NCBI RefSeq assembly: GCF_001194135.2
Contig: NC_068992.1
Span: 22,446,242 to 22,490,237 of the forward strand
Reading direction: 5' to 3'
DNA: 43,996 nt
Source of the DNA: Octopus bimaculoides
Lineage: Eukaryota
This document shows, piece by piece, positions 24,971-35,910 of this stretch; within the stretch, counting starts at the first letter, position 1; the number at the start of each line of letters is the position of its first letter. The translations under genes and the position numbers were made by a program. The notes beneath the pieces are model-generated. The model was given only the letters and a program-made list of their open reading frames with translations, was not told the DNA's origin and did no database searches.

Positions 24971-25757
24971 TGCATACTTTAGATCATTGATAATTAGATT
25001 TAAATGCTTAACCGGATAAATGTGCCAGTAGTATTCTCTTGGTTGTAATATCCATTGATTGATAAGGATTTATTGGAGAAGCAGCTGTCAAACAGTCTCA
25101 GGTGAACGATTTGAGGACTGAATTATGACTTATCTCTTCTATTTAATGACAATTCCATTCACTCTGATTAATTTAATAAATCCCACTAATGAGATTAATT
25201 AAATCACTGAAGAAATAAAAATTGATTTGCCAAACTTTATATCAACGATTTCTACTTCATGTCAGTGCTGTCAACTTTAAACACGCGGGCGGTGAGAGGA
25301 AAGGTTCCAGTTAATACGCTGGCAGGTTGGGATAGGGTGAACGTTGATGCAGAGAGGCTTGTATCTAGATGCAGCAATGTCAGTTTCTCTTCTACAGTGC
25401 TTCGTAAGCAATATCATTGGCAAACCGCCCAGTCAGTAAGAGCCTAAGCAGATTGGCTTACGCTGAAACGTTTCTTGATTTTTGGCGAAAAATCTTTTGC
25501 TCGGATGTCATACCCGCTCTGAAAGCTTCCCTAAGCTGGATGCGTCAGTGATATACCACTTTTGTGTCCTTGAACGCAAATAACTTTTAAATGTCAGATG
25601 CTCCCGTATATGTGGCATCTACGTTTTCTTCTTTCCCCTACCATCTGGACTTGTCCTCATTTGGTTGGTTCAATAAGTTCGGAGATTTTGTCCAGTGTTT
25701 TCGACTTCATCTGGATCAAAATCTCGGAACAACTTTGTTTTGATATGTTTGAATATC

Positions 25758-25946
25758 CTTTTCTACTCTAAGCACAAGGTCCGAAATTTTGGGGGAGGAG
25801 AGCCAGTCGATTAGATCGACCCCCAGTACGCAACTGATACTTAATTTATCGACCTCGAAAAGATGAAAGCAAAGTTGACGTCGGGGGAATTTGAACTCAG
25901 AACATAAAGACAGACGAAATACGGCTAAGCATTTCGCCCAGCGTGG
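25758..25946 (-). mobile_element. SINE family A, slightly 5'-truncated, with 12-bp TSD
   Basis: TGTTTGAATATC at 25746-25757 and 25947-25958. Confidence 0.92.
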
Positions 25947-26526
25947 TGTTTGAATATCAAGTACCATATTCGAGCTCCCATTAATACAGATGCTACTGCC
26001 CATCAGACGTTTAATTCAATGGAACTTCCGGTATTTTAACTTTTTACTACACGCCGAGCGAACAAAGTATGTGGAAGAAGTAGATCATCGTATTTGAATG
26101 CTTCCCTATTGAAGGTTTCTGTTCCAAGGCTAATCTAAAGAATCTCACTTCTACAACAACGAAACACACCTGAAAACAAACATGAATGCACAGAAGCGGA
26201 TTAACAACATAATTAACAACATAATTAACCACATAATTTTGCACTAATTGAAAAGCGAATATATCACAGCTGCGTCTTAATGGATGTTTTGTTGATGTAT
26301 AAATGCAAATCCTTTCCATAGCAACCGCCAAAGTCTGATACTGACGCGGACTACACAGTCGCAGAATATAAGAATATTGTTAAGAAACAATGAATGGAAT
26401 TCATTGCGCTTTGGTTATCTTCCAACCAAAGGCAATACACATAAATACAAAGACACAATCATCGATATACATACATACATACGTACAGAGACACTGACAT
26501 ACGCACGCACACACAGGTTATATAGT

Positions 26527-26720
26527 AAAGACGCATGGCCTTGTGGCTAGGATGTTGCGCTGACGATCGCGAGATCGTGGTTTCAATTCGTAGACCGGAT
26601 GGTGCGTGGTAGTTTTGAACAAAACACTTCATCTTAGGATATCCTGCGATCCTTTCCATTCCTGACGCAAGGTACGCCGTGCGTCAGATCAGGCAACGTC
26701 AATTTGATGGAAAAGTGAGC
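26527..26720 (+). mobile_element. tRNA-derived SINE (family D-related)
   Basis: A box TGGCCTTGTGG, B box GGTTTCAATTC, then TTGAACAAAACACTTCAT. Confidence 0.75.
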
Positions 26721-27914
26721 TTTTATATATATAGTGCATACATTTGCTAACTATAAACAATGTATGTGTGTGTGTGTGCGTGCGTGTGCGTGCGCCTGTG
26801 TGTTGGTCTTTAAGTAGGAAAATATTGACCGTATCTTTGAAGTTTCGGGCAGCGAAGTCACCATCAGACTGTCTATTGATGCCACAGCTGGCTGAGACTT
26901 TGAAGCCACTGTCTTGTTAAAGAATAATAAGTTTGTACTCCACCAAAATATGGATGAATCATTCAGAGTAATGTAAAATGTGGTTTTTTTAATCACAACT
27001 GGACAGAGAAGCAAAAATAAATACACACAAAGGCAGGGGTTCGCACGCTGGTACATGTACACACTGACAGACAAGTAAATGCCACACACACACACACACT
27101 CATATATATATATATGTGTGCGTGTGGTTATGCATCTATAGATATATGTATGTATATGTATGTATATATATGTATAGGAGTGTGTGCGCGTGTGTGTGTG
27201 TGTGTGCATATGTTATCTAGAATTTTATACATCAGAAATTGCAGAAGCATTATGAAATGTCTCGAGAAAATGATGGTACGCTTAGAAAGAAAATCTTCAA
27301 GATGCTATTGTCAAATACCTGCAGTGAAAGAAGTGCTTCCTTATACGTATAGCAGTTCATTAGTTGACAATATATTTTTTAAATGAAGTGGAAAATCTAT
27401 TGAGAGAAAATCCTGTAGAAATAATTCAACTTGAATGCGGGGGCTGAAAACAAAAATAAAGTTCATCGTAGGTTGAGTTTTGAGAGAGAAAAAAATGCAG
27501 ATAATGAAAATAACCAAAAATAACGAAATATACGAACAAGCACAGCACGCCGAAAGCACAATTACAAGAAGCTGCTAACAAATAATATAGAGAATATTTT
27601 TCAATACAAAAAGTCAAAACACAATATTGATTGTAACAAAAAGGCAATCGTAGCTGCCATGTTATGCAGTAAAAATAGGTACTAAAACATGTGGACTGGA
27701 TTATAATTAATAATATTTATAACAATGATTTTTGAATTTCCAAAGGCTAAGTGATATTTTAGGTTAACGACCCAAGATTCACCAAATGGAAAGTAACAGT
27801 ATGATTTGAGCGGAGAACTGAAAGACCGAGGAGAAATAGAAATTACATGAAGCGTTTTGTCTTTTGGCAAGAAAAGGAACTTGTGGTACCTCGTAGCTGA
27901 GCAGTGAGCCTTCA

Positions 27915-28296
27915 AGTGCATGTATGATAATCGACATAGCTCGTCCTAGTGACACCAGGATCAATGTGAAAGAAGAAAGAAATAAACTATGACGATTTGA
28001 AGTGGGAAATGCGAAGGCTGCGGTCAATGAAGAGAGTAGGTGTGATATCAATTGCAATTGGTGCACTTGGAAGCATCAGCACTCAACTACCAACATGGCT
28101 TAAAAAAGACTGGCGCACGTATGAAGGTAGAACACCTACAAAGATCAATATTGCTTGGAACTGCAGGAATTCTTCGCAAGGTTCTTGAAGCATGACTAGT
28201 AAACAAGTCTCACCTTAGTGTCCTGGCTGTGGACAGCTGACACGTTCCATCATACCCAACAAAATATGTTGTGAGTTTTCATATAATAATAATAAC
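27915..28296 (+). mobile_element. R4/Dong-type (RLE) LINE 3' end with (TAA)n tail
   Basis: CMIIDIARPSDTRINVKEE...YDDLKWEMRRL...VISIAIGALGSI...LQRSILLGTAGILRKVLEA* (stop at 28193-28195, with frameshifts), then ATAATAATAATAAC at 28283-28296. Confidence 0.85.
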
Positions 28297-28395
28297 TAAC
28301 TGGACCCGTGAAAGATTCATGGACATATAAAAGATGTAACCATCTGTAAATTGTGAGCTGGTGCCATGAAAAATGTTTCTGTATTGTGACAGTTA

Positions 28396-28613
28396 AGGGC
28401 AGGGAGCTGGCAGAATCATTAGCACGCCCGTCGAAATGCTTAGCGGTATTTCGACTGTTTTTACATTTTGAGTTCAAATTCTGCCGATGTCGACTGTGCC
28501 TTTCCTCCTTTCAGGGTCGATAAATTAAGTACCAGTTGCGCTCTGGGGTCGATCTAATCAACTGGCCCCCTCGCCACTAAAATTTCAGAACTTGTGCCTA
28601 TGTTAGAAAAGTA
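28396..28613 (+). mobile_element. SINE family A, full length, with perfect 14-bp TSD
   Basis: TATTGTGACAGTTA at 28382-28395 and 28614-28627; A box TGGCAGAATCATTAG, B box GTTCAAATTC. Confidence 0.93.
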
Positions 28614-28785
28614 TATTGTGACAGTTACAGAATATAGAAAGAAGTGTAAAACTGATAACTATATAATCCAGCCAAAATACCCCAGTTGCGGAAATGTAAA
28701 CAGAATTACTATTTAACCGTAAAATACATCGTACATATTCAAAGAACCTTCTTGGTTTTGTTGTACAGAACATTTTTCTGGTATT

Positions 28786-29000
28786 CTTTATTCTGTTACT
28801 TGTTGCAGTCATTTGACGGTGGCCATGCTGGAGCACCACTCTTTAGTCGAAGATATTGACCCCTGGAATTATTCTCTGTAAGCCTGGTGCTTATTCTATC
28901 AGTCTCCTCTGCTGAACAGCTAAGCACAGGGAAGAAAATACACCAACATCGGTTGTCAAGCAATGTTGGTGGGGGATAAACACACACACAAGCACACACA
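28786..29000 (-). mobile_element. Family-C SINE 3' half (5' part lost in the gap at 29037-29241 or truncated)
   Basis: Collinear with 19215-19427. Confidence 0.85.
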
Positions 29001-29324
29001 TAATTATATAACCACTTACGTACATACGTAATATATNNNNNNNNNNNNNNNNNNNNNNNNNNNNNNNNNNNNNNNNNNNNNNNNNNNNNNNNNNNNNNNN
29101 NNNNNNNNNNNNNNNNNNNNNNNNNNNNNNNNNNNNNNNNNNNNNNNNNNNNNNNNNNNNNNNNNNNNNNNNNNNNNNNNNNNNNNNNNNNNNNNNNNNN
29201 NNNNNNNNNNNNNNNNNNNNNNNNNNNNNNNNNNNNNNNNNATATATATATATATAGCTGCCTTGCAGGAGGTGGTGATGGTGGCTGGTGCGATTTTGTG
29301 GTTTGCTGGTATGCCGAGGGAGAT

Positions 29325-29588
29325 TCAGCTCTGTTTCTCATATTTCTCTTGACTCATGTATTCTCGATTCTGTGGATCTCTATCTCTCTTATTTTGAAAA
29401 TACATTTCTCTTTGGTCCTGGCTCATTTGTTCTACCCTGTGCTGATTTCTCTCCCTTCTATGCCGTAGGATACGCTTCCTCTCCTCTTGGCTTATTTCGT
29501 TTCTTCCCTGTCTCATCCTTGTGCAATTTTGATTCCTTATTTCCTCCCGCTTTTCCTCGCCCAACAGTTCTCGTGCTGCGTCCCTCAT
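29325..29588 (-). other. 87-codon ORF with exact 23-aa periodic repeats (STPR-like), probably a TE or gene fragment
   Basis: LGEEKR (9), ISQEER (32), MSQDQR (55), MSQEK (78); Arg at 14/37/60, 24/47/70 and 6/29/75. Confidence 0.5.
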
Positions 29589-30175
29589 GCGATTATCTAT
29601 ATTTTAAAACTTGCTATTAAAACAATAAATCTACAAAATGATTCAGAGTGTTTCAATTGAAAAACATATACGAATGTATTAGACAGTTTTTGTGTAAAAG
29701 GTGAAAATATTTCTGAAATATTCAATTATATGCAAGGACACAGTATATAGGATACGGTAGTTAATTTTATTGAAGGAAAGTAAGCACTAACAGAAAAAAA
29801 ATAGAATTTATATTTTTGATATTTTTCGGCTCTATGAATTCAATTTTTTAAAAATGCTTTCGTCAATTGCTTGATACAAGAATACAAAAAATTGGAAACA
29901 TCCTGACCAAAACAGAGAAACTGTAACTTAACAAAAAATATAGAAAGAGAAAAAAGGGTTGTATTCGAAAGCCAAAAGATGTTTTTTAGTCGAAGTATAA
30001 TTTTATAATTAAAACAAATTCAAAATTTAAATCTCGCAACATAAGACTTAACATGTTATCAGGTGTATAGCGGAATTCAAATGGGTAGAAGACATAAAAC
30101 AAATGTACGTGCGCGCGCACGTGTATGTGGTTGGTCCTTTAATAGACCACCACACTGGGAATGAACATGTACGCA

Positions 30176-31091
30176 TCTAGTTCAGAGGACTGAATGCTAC
30201 GGCTTGTGTGCAAACACAAAAGCAGGAAAAAATTCCCATTCGATTGTCAAGGAAGATTCCAAATTCGCAAGGGAACTTAGCATTAGCCCTGAAATAGCTG
30301 AAGAACCTGCAGCTACTGCCACGAAACAAGTAAAATGGTTCTAGCAGACTGCAAAAAAGAACGAGCAGAAACAAATTGAGGATCGATGGGGCCAGAAGCC
30401 TCTGCATTGACAATATATACTTCGAAGTTCAGGACTGAAAGCAGAGACTGAGGGTTTCATATTGGCGGCACAAGACCAAAGCTTGCTCACAAAAAACTAC
30501 CAAGCTGACGCTCTTCAAAACGGTTCTGACTCTAAATGCAGATTCTGTTACATATTGGACGAAACAATAGACCATTTCGTCTCAGGGTGTCCTGTGCTGA
30601 CAACCAAACGAATATAAAAATCGCCACGATAGTGTAGGGCAGTATTTCCATTAGAATATATGTAAACACTACAAAATCAACACTTCTTACTGGTACGAAC
30701 ATCATTCTCAGTCAAGTAAAAATATCACTATCCTCTGGGATTTTCCAGTTAACACTGACAGAACGATCCAGGCTAATCGACCAGAGACAATTATTAAAGA
30801 CAGGGAAGAAAAGAGTTGTACACTAATAGATGTAAGTGTTCCCACTGATAAAAATATACCTGCCAAGGAATTTGACAAACTAAATAAATATAAGGACCTG
30901 GAAATTGAAATACAAAAGATGTGGCATCTTAAAACGAGAACTGTTCCTGTTATTGTCGGTGCCCTAGATATGATAAAAAAGGATGTCACAAACATCTTGT
31001 ATAAGATCCCAGGAGAACCATGTCTCAGAGAAATTCAAATATTGTGCTAACAAGTACTGCCCACATCCTTAGAAAAACCCTGTCCATTTAA
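30176..31091 (+). mobile_element. R4/Dong-type LINE ORF relic: post-RT region, CCHC knuckle and restriction-like endonuclease
   Basis: ..EDRWGQKPLH*QY..GLKAETEGFILAAQDQSL..KCRFCYILDETIDHFVSGCP..RHDSVG..ILWDFPVNTDRTIQANRPE..LIDVSVP..KYKDLEIEIQKMWHLKTRTVPVIVGAL..ILRKTLSI*; contains stops and frameshifts. Confidence 0.92.
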
Positions 31092-31515
31092 ATGTCTGTG
31101 TTGTATTACACGAAGATATTTCACTACCTCTCCTCCCCAAGCGTTCAGTGATATTATTACATCACTGGGTGTGTTACACACACAATGAAATATGAATATA
31201 TTATGTGAAATGTGAAATATTACGAAAATGTAACGGGAAATTGTAAAATACACCAAATGCTGCAGAGAATGTCGGCTTGTGGTTGGTACGAATAAAATGC
31301 GTGCAAAATCCAAAATGTATTGAGCAGAACCATTATTCAGTAATGACCGGGAGTATTCTATATAAAATATCAATCCATTCTACAAAACGTACAAATCTAG
31401 TTCAGTACATAAGTGTGTCACACAATCATATGTGTAAATATAAAAAAAAATATCAATAAAGATAAGCAGAGATGCGTTGGAGAGAATATCAACTATAGGG
31501 GTCTGTAAATATTAG

Positions 31516-31903
31516 TTTGAAATTTTGGCACCAGGCCAGCAAATTCGGTGGAAGGGTTAAGTGCTGAAATGGTAATTATTTTTTATCGACCCCGAAAAGA
31601 ACGAAGGCAAAATCGACCTCGGCGACATTGGAATGCTGAACGTAGAAACGGACGAAATGCTGTGAAGCATTTTTACCGGCGCGGTAACGATTTTTTTTAC
31701 TCTATGCACAAGACCCAAAATTTTTGGGGAGGGGATCAGTCGATTAGATCGACCCGAGTACGCAACAGGTACTTAATTTATCGACCCGGAAAGGATGAAA
31801 GGCAAAGTCGACCACGGCGGAATTTGAATTCAGTGCGTAACGACAGACGAAATACCACTAAGCATTTTGCCCGGCGTGCTAACGTTTTTGCCAGCTCGCC
31901 GCC
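31516..31903 (-). mobile_element. Two tandem SINE family A copies (31516-31697 old; 31698-31903 full length)
   Basis: The second copy ends GCCAGCTCGCCGCC (intact head). Confidence 0.9.
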
Positions 31904-33139
31904 TAAGGGTCTATAAATCAGGAAATTTTCGCAAAGAACTTGTTAACCTTGATGGTTTTCGTCAAGCCTGAATGTATTTGTTTCGAAACATAAACCTCGT
32001 GTTAACCGTGAATAATTTTATTCAAGAGGTAGCTAATTATACTTTTAAAGATGGGAACTCATGTATTTCCTAAGCCATTAATAATAAAGTTGATATTAAC
32101 CATAATAGTAATTGCGAATTCTATATAATCAAGTAAGCATTGCCTGCTTCTGTTTGCCGCTATGGTTAGTCTTCTGTTACAATGGTAATAGCATCATAGG
32201 AATGCGTTAATCAAAGCTCTCTTAAACAATTTTTAATTCATATTGGAAATAGAATTTGACGATTTCATTGCAATGAGTCATTGAAGCCTTCCTTTGGGTG
32301 TATTATTGAATTCAGATTTCACTAAAATCTGTTTAAAATGCTTTTATTGATGCCTTGATCCATAAAATCCTTCCTGTAATTGAAAAATCATAATGTAGAA
32401 CATTTTCATGAACACCTCACATAAAATTCATGCAGTTTCTATTGGACAATTTCGATGCCTTTCCTATGAGCTTTCATACAACTTCAATGGACCATTTAGG
32501 TCCTTCATATTTCCAGCAACATTAGTTAATTATTAATTTTTAATTCTAATGTTTTCTCTTGTATTTAGTAGTTGGGGTGCTTAGTTTTCTTTAATTTAAT
32601 GATGTGTGATTCCTTGCTTTGCATTTTATAAAAATAATATTAAATCATGTTTATTTTAATTGGATTAGAGGAAAAGGTGAAAATGTCCCTGTTGGATAGA
32701 AGTCTCTTTTAGTTTCTGCAAAAAAAAAAAAAAANNNNNNNNNNAAAAAAAAAAAAAAAAGAAAACCCAAAAGTTTTGGATGAGAAGCAATAATCGCTTG
32801 AAAGCTTCTGACCATAGAACATTAAAAATAGTACCATCGAAAAGGACGATTGATTTTTAAACAGAAAAGATTTCATAGTTTCCAATAAATGAATAATTCT
32901 TCATAAAATATGGTACAGCATTCAAATAATACGAAAACGAAGCATTTTAAATAGTACAACATTTGGTATTCGTGCATAACAATTATTTCTGAAACAGAAA
33001 AAATTATACTAACAGCAAAACATTGTGAACACTGTAACAATTCTTTTGAAAGATTTGACTTTAATCTACATCGGCTAGACATACTTATATACATACATGA
33101 ATACATATTTGTTTATAGGCTCGAATATGCATATACATG

Positions 33140-33203
33140 TATACATGTAACATTGTGTATGTATATATATATGTATTTATATATATACCTACATACATAC
33201 ATA

Positions 33204-33251
<48 letters not shown>

Positions 33252-33327
33252 NNNNNNNNNNNNNNNNNNNNNNNNNNNNNNNNNNNNNNNNNNNNNNNNN
33301 NNNNNNNNNNNNNNNNNNNNNNNNNNN

Positions 33328-33371
<44 letters not shown>

Positions 33372-33636
33372 GTATATGTATATATAAGTAGCTCCAGACG
33401 TTTAAACAAAGCACGTTAAGTGTATGATATAAATAATGTTTACTTTATTAAGCTATTTCTATTGCAAAATATGAATAGTGGTTTCGATCCTTAGCACTTG
33501 CAAATATACAGCTATTTTGGGATCATATAAGTGTCTTCACAGGTAACATACAGCGATTACCAGCTAATAACGAGGTACAGAAACATCTGTAGTGATTTGT
33601 AATAAAGCCAGTTCAGTGCATCTCGTATTAAAATAC

Positions 33637-33668
<32 letters not shown>

Positions 33669-33726
33669 ATGTATGTATGTNNNNNNNNNNNNNNNNNNNN
33701 NNNNNNNNNNNNNNNNNNNNNNNNNN

Positions 33727-33797
<71 letters not shown>
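33140..33797. repeat. (TA)n/(TATG)n/(TG)n microsatellites around the gaps at 33252-33327 and 33681-33726
   Basis: Directly visible in two blocks (33140-33390, 33640-33797). Confidence 0.9.
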
Positions 33798-33800
<3 letters not shown>

Positions 33801-34181
33801 CTTTCATTCAATGAAAATGTAGACTTTCAACGTAAACTTACATTCAATCAACATAACCTCACCTAACGAGCAACCTGCGATATACATTTCGCTTGGATAT
33901 TTACCACTACTGAGGTTCCGGTCGCTATAAAACATATGTAACACGGATCTTATATAGTCTATCTCTTAACACGTTTATTCTTCTTCGCATACTCGGCAAG
34001 CCTGGATGCCTACGGTGAAATATAGAAAGAACCCCTTTCAGTTTATTGTACATCGTTACGACAAAATTCCACAACATTCCGTTTCACTAATCAACTATTA
34101 TCTTTGACAGTTGTTTTCTGTACGTTATACGGATTGTTTAAAGTAACTTTTTTGCTACATCTCGATTGTTGGATAATACAT

Positions 34182-34284
34182 ATAATTGAATAAGTCGGAG
34201 TCAACAAGGAGTACGGTTGGGCATTCATTTGCAAATAGATGTCCAACCGTACTCCTTCTTGTTGACTCTAACTTATTCAATTAT
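34182..34284. repeat. 103-bp near-perfect palindrome (MITE or pre-miRNA-like hairpin)
   Basis: Arms match at 45/50 positions with one 3-nt bulge, centred on the self-complementary ATTTGCAAAT (34227-34236). Confidence 0.85.
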
Positions 34285-34417
34285 CTATTCACACTACAGA
34301 AGACCAAACACAAGTCTACAAGTACGTATTATACTATTACTGGATAGCACAGGGTGAAACCTGAAGGTGGACGAGTTTTATATTCTCCACTACTACGTTG
34401 TTAGCAAAATATAACAG

Positions 34418-34462
<45 letters not shown>

Positions 34463-34469
34463 TCAATTA

Positions 34470-35645
34470 TTTAAGAATGAAATATCTGATTTTGGATTGA
34501 AAGTTTATTTTACTTTATCTCAACAAAAGGAATGAGGTTAATGAAAGTGTGCAACTAAAGTATCCACTCAATTTTTGTATTTTATCGGTAGCTTATTTCT
34601 GCCAGCACCGAAATATTCTGGAAAGCAAGAGGTGATGAAATCACGAAGGGCTGTTTTTGCATCTTCTTCATATTTGGAGGGTTTTTTTTAACTTGCAAAA
34701 TGTTGTCTAATGCATGGAAAATGTAATAGGTGGTTAGTGCAAGGTCTGGTCCACATGGTGGATGACAGAGTACTTCCAAATTCGGTTCCTGTAACTTGAA
34801 TAGCATTCTTTGTGCAACATGTATTCGAAAATTGTCTTGCAAGAGAATTGGCTGTCTTTATTGATAAATCTCAGTTGTTTAATTGCAAGTTCACTCATCA
34901 TTTCATCCAACCGATGTATACATCTGCTGGAATTGAATTACCAGGTCTCATGAAGTTGTAGTGGATGACACCAGCAGTGGATCACCAAGCAGGCGCCATG
35001 AACCTTTTTGGGTGAGTATTCTGATTCGGATTGTGTTTTTATACTTCGTCTCTATCCAACCATCGTACAGATTGATTGCTATTATTGAAATGAATCCATT
35101 TTTCATCCCACGTGGGAATACGATGTAAAAATGGTTCGTTTTTATGCCGTGACAGCATGCCCTTTATGTTCGTGTGGTACCCACTTGTTGAGATTCTTTA
35201 CCTTGCTAATTTGTTTCTGATGGTCCAATAAATTTGGAATCGAGACATCAAACCTTGCTGCTAACTCACGCGTAGATTGATATGTATCCGTTTCCAGCTC
35301 ATTAGTATCCACCTCGGTCTCATGTCTAACACGGGGCTGATTTTCAAGAGTAAAGTCACCGGACCAGAACTCCTCAAACCATCAACGTACAGTGCACTCA
35401 TTCGCCATATCCTTACCAAACTTCATTAATGTTTCTAACTGCCTGGGTGGTATTCGTTCCACGAAGGAACTCATAATCATAAACAACATGAATATTTTAT
35501 CTATCCATGGGTTCGCACAAACTGACTTCCGAGAGAAAACTCACAATGTAATCAGACACCATAAATTGCATTTCGATAAAACATTGTAGTTAATGACTTC
35601 CAAACTTGGCGCATAAGAAAATCGGACATTTCATCTTTTCATTCT

Positions 35646-35649
<4 letters not shown>
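34470..35649 (-). mobile_element. Near full-length mariner (D,D34D) transposon with decayed transposase (about 34538-35508)
   Basis: MDR*NIHVVYDYEFLRG..WFEEFWSGDFTLENQPR..KWVPHEH..TWDEKWI..QDNFRIHV..HPPCGPDL. TIRs TTTAAGAATGAAA..T.T.CGATTTT at both ends (34470-34493 and about 35617-35649), each flanked by TA and a (TA)n run. Confidence 0.93.
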
Positions 35650-35679
<30 letters not shown>

Positions 35680-35739
35680 CGTAAGCGCATTCGTGTGTGC
35701 GTGCATGTTTGTATGTATGTATATATAGATGTCACTATA

Positions 35740-35910
35740 CGGGGACTGTTGGCGATTTCATTTCCTCCTTCTGTCTTTTCCTTTGGGCATTTCTCTGTTT
35801 CTGATTTCCGAGCTATGCTCGAAATGTAAATTAAACACTCTTTTCATTCTTTGAGCGTCTTATCAATACGTTGCGTACGCTACGTCCTCACACTGTTTTT
35901 TCTCCGTTTG
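35740..35910 (+). mobile_element. Probable Penelope-type LTR relic with degenerate hammerhead (35801-35828)
   Basis: CTGA(TTTCC)-GAGC-TAT-GCTC-GAAA(T)GTA: helix II intact, core mutated. Confidence 0.45.

Noticed and set aside
25259-25620. GC-elevated segment with peptide AGWDRVNVDAERL faintly like a CR1 C-terminus
   Set aside because: The similarity is too short and the flanking CR1 motifs are absent; left unassigned.
30298-30332. CTGAAGA-N18-GAAAC motif
   Set aside because: Lies inside the R4 ORF; helix II does not start at the core and helix I is absent.
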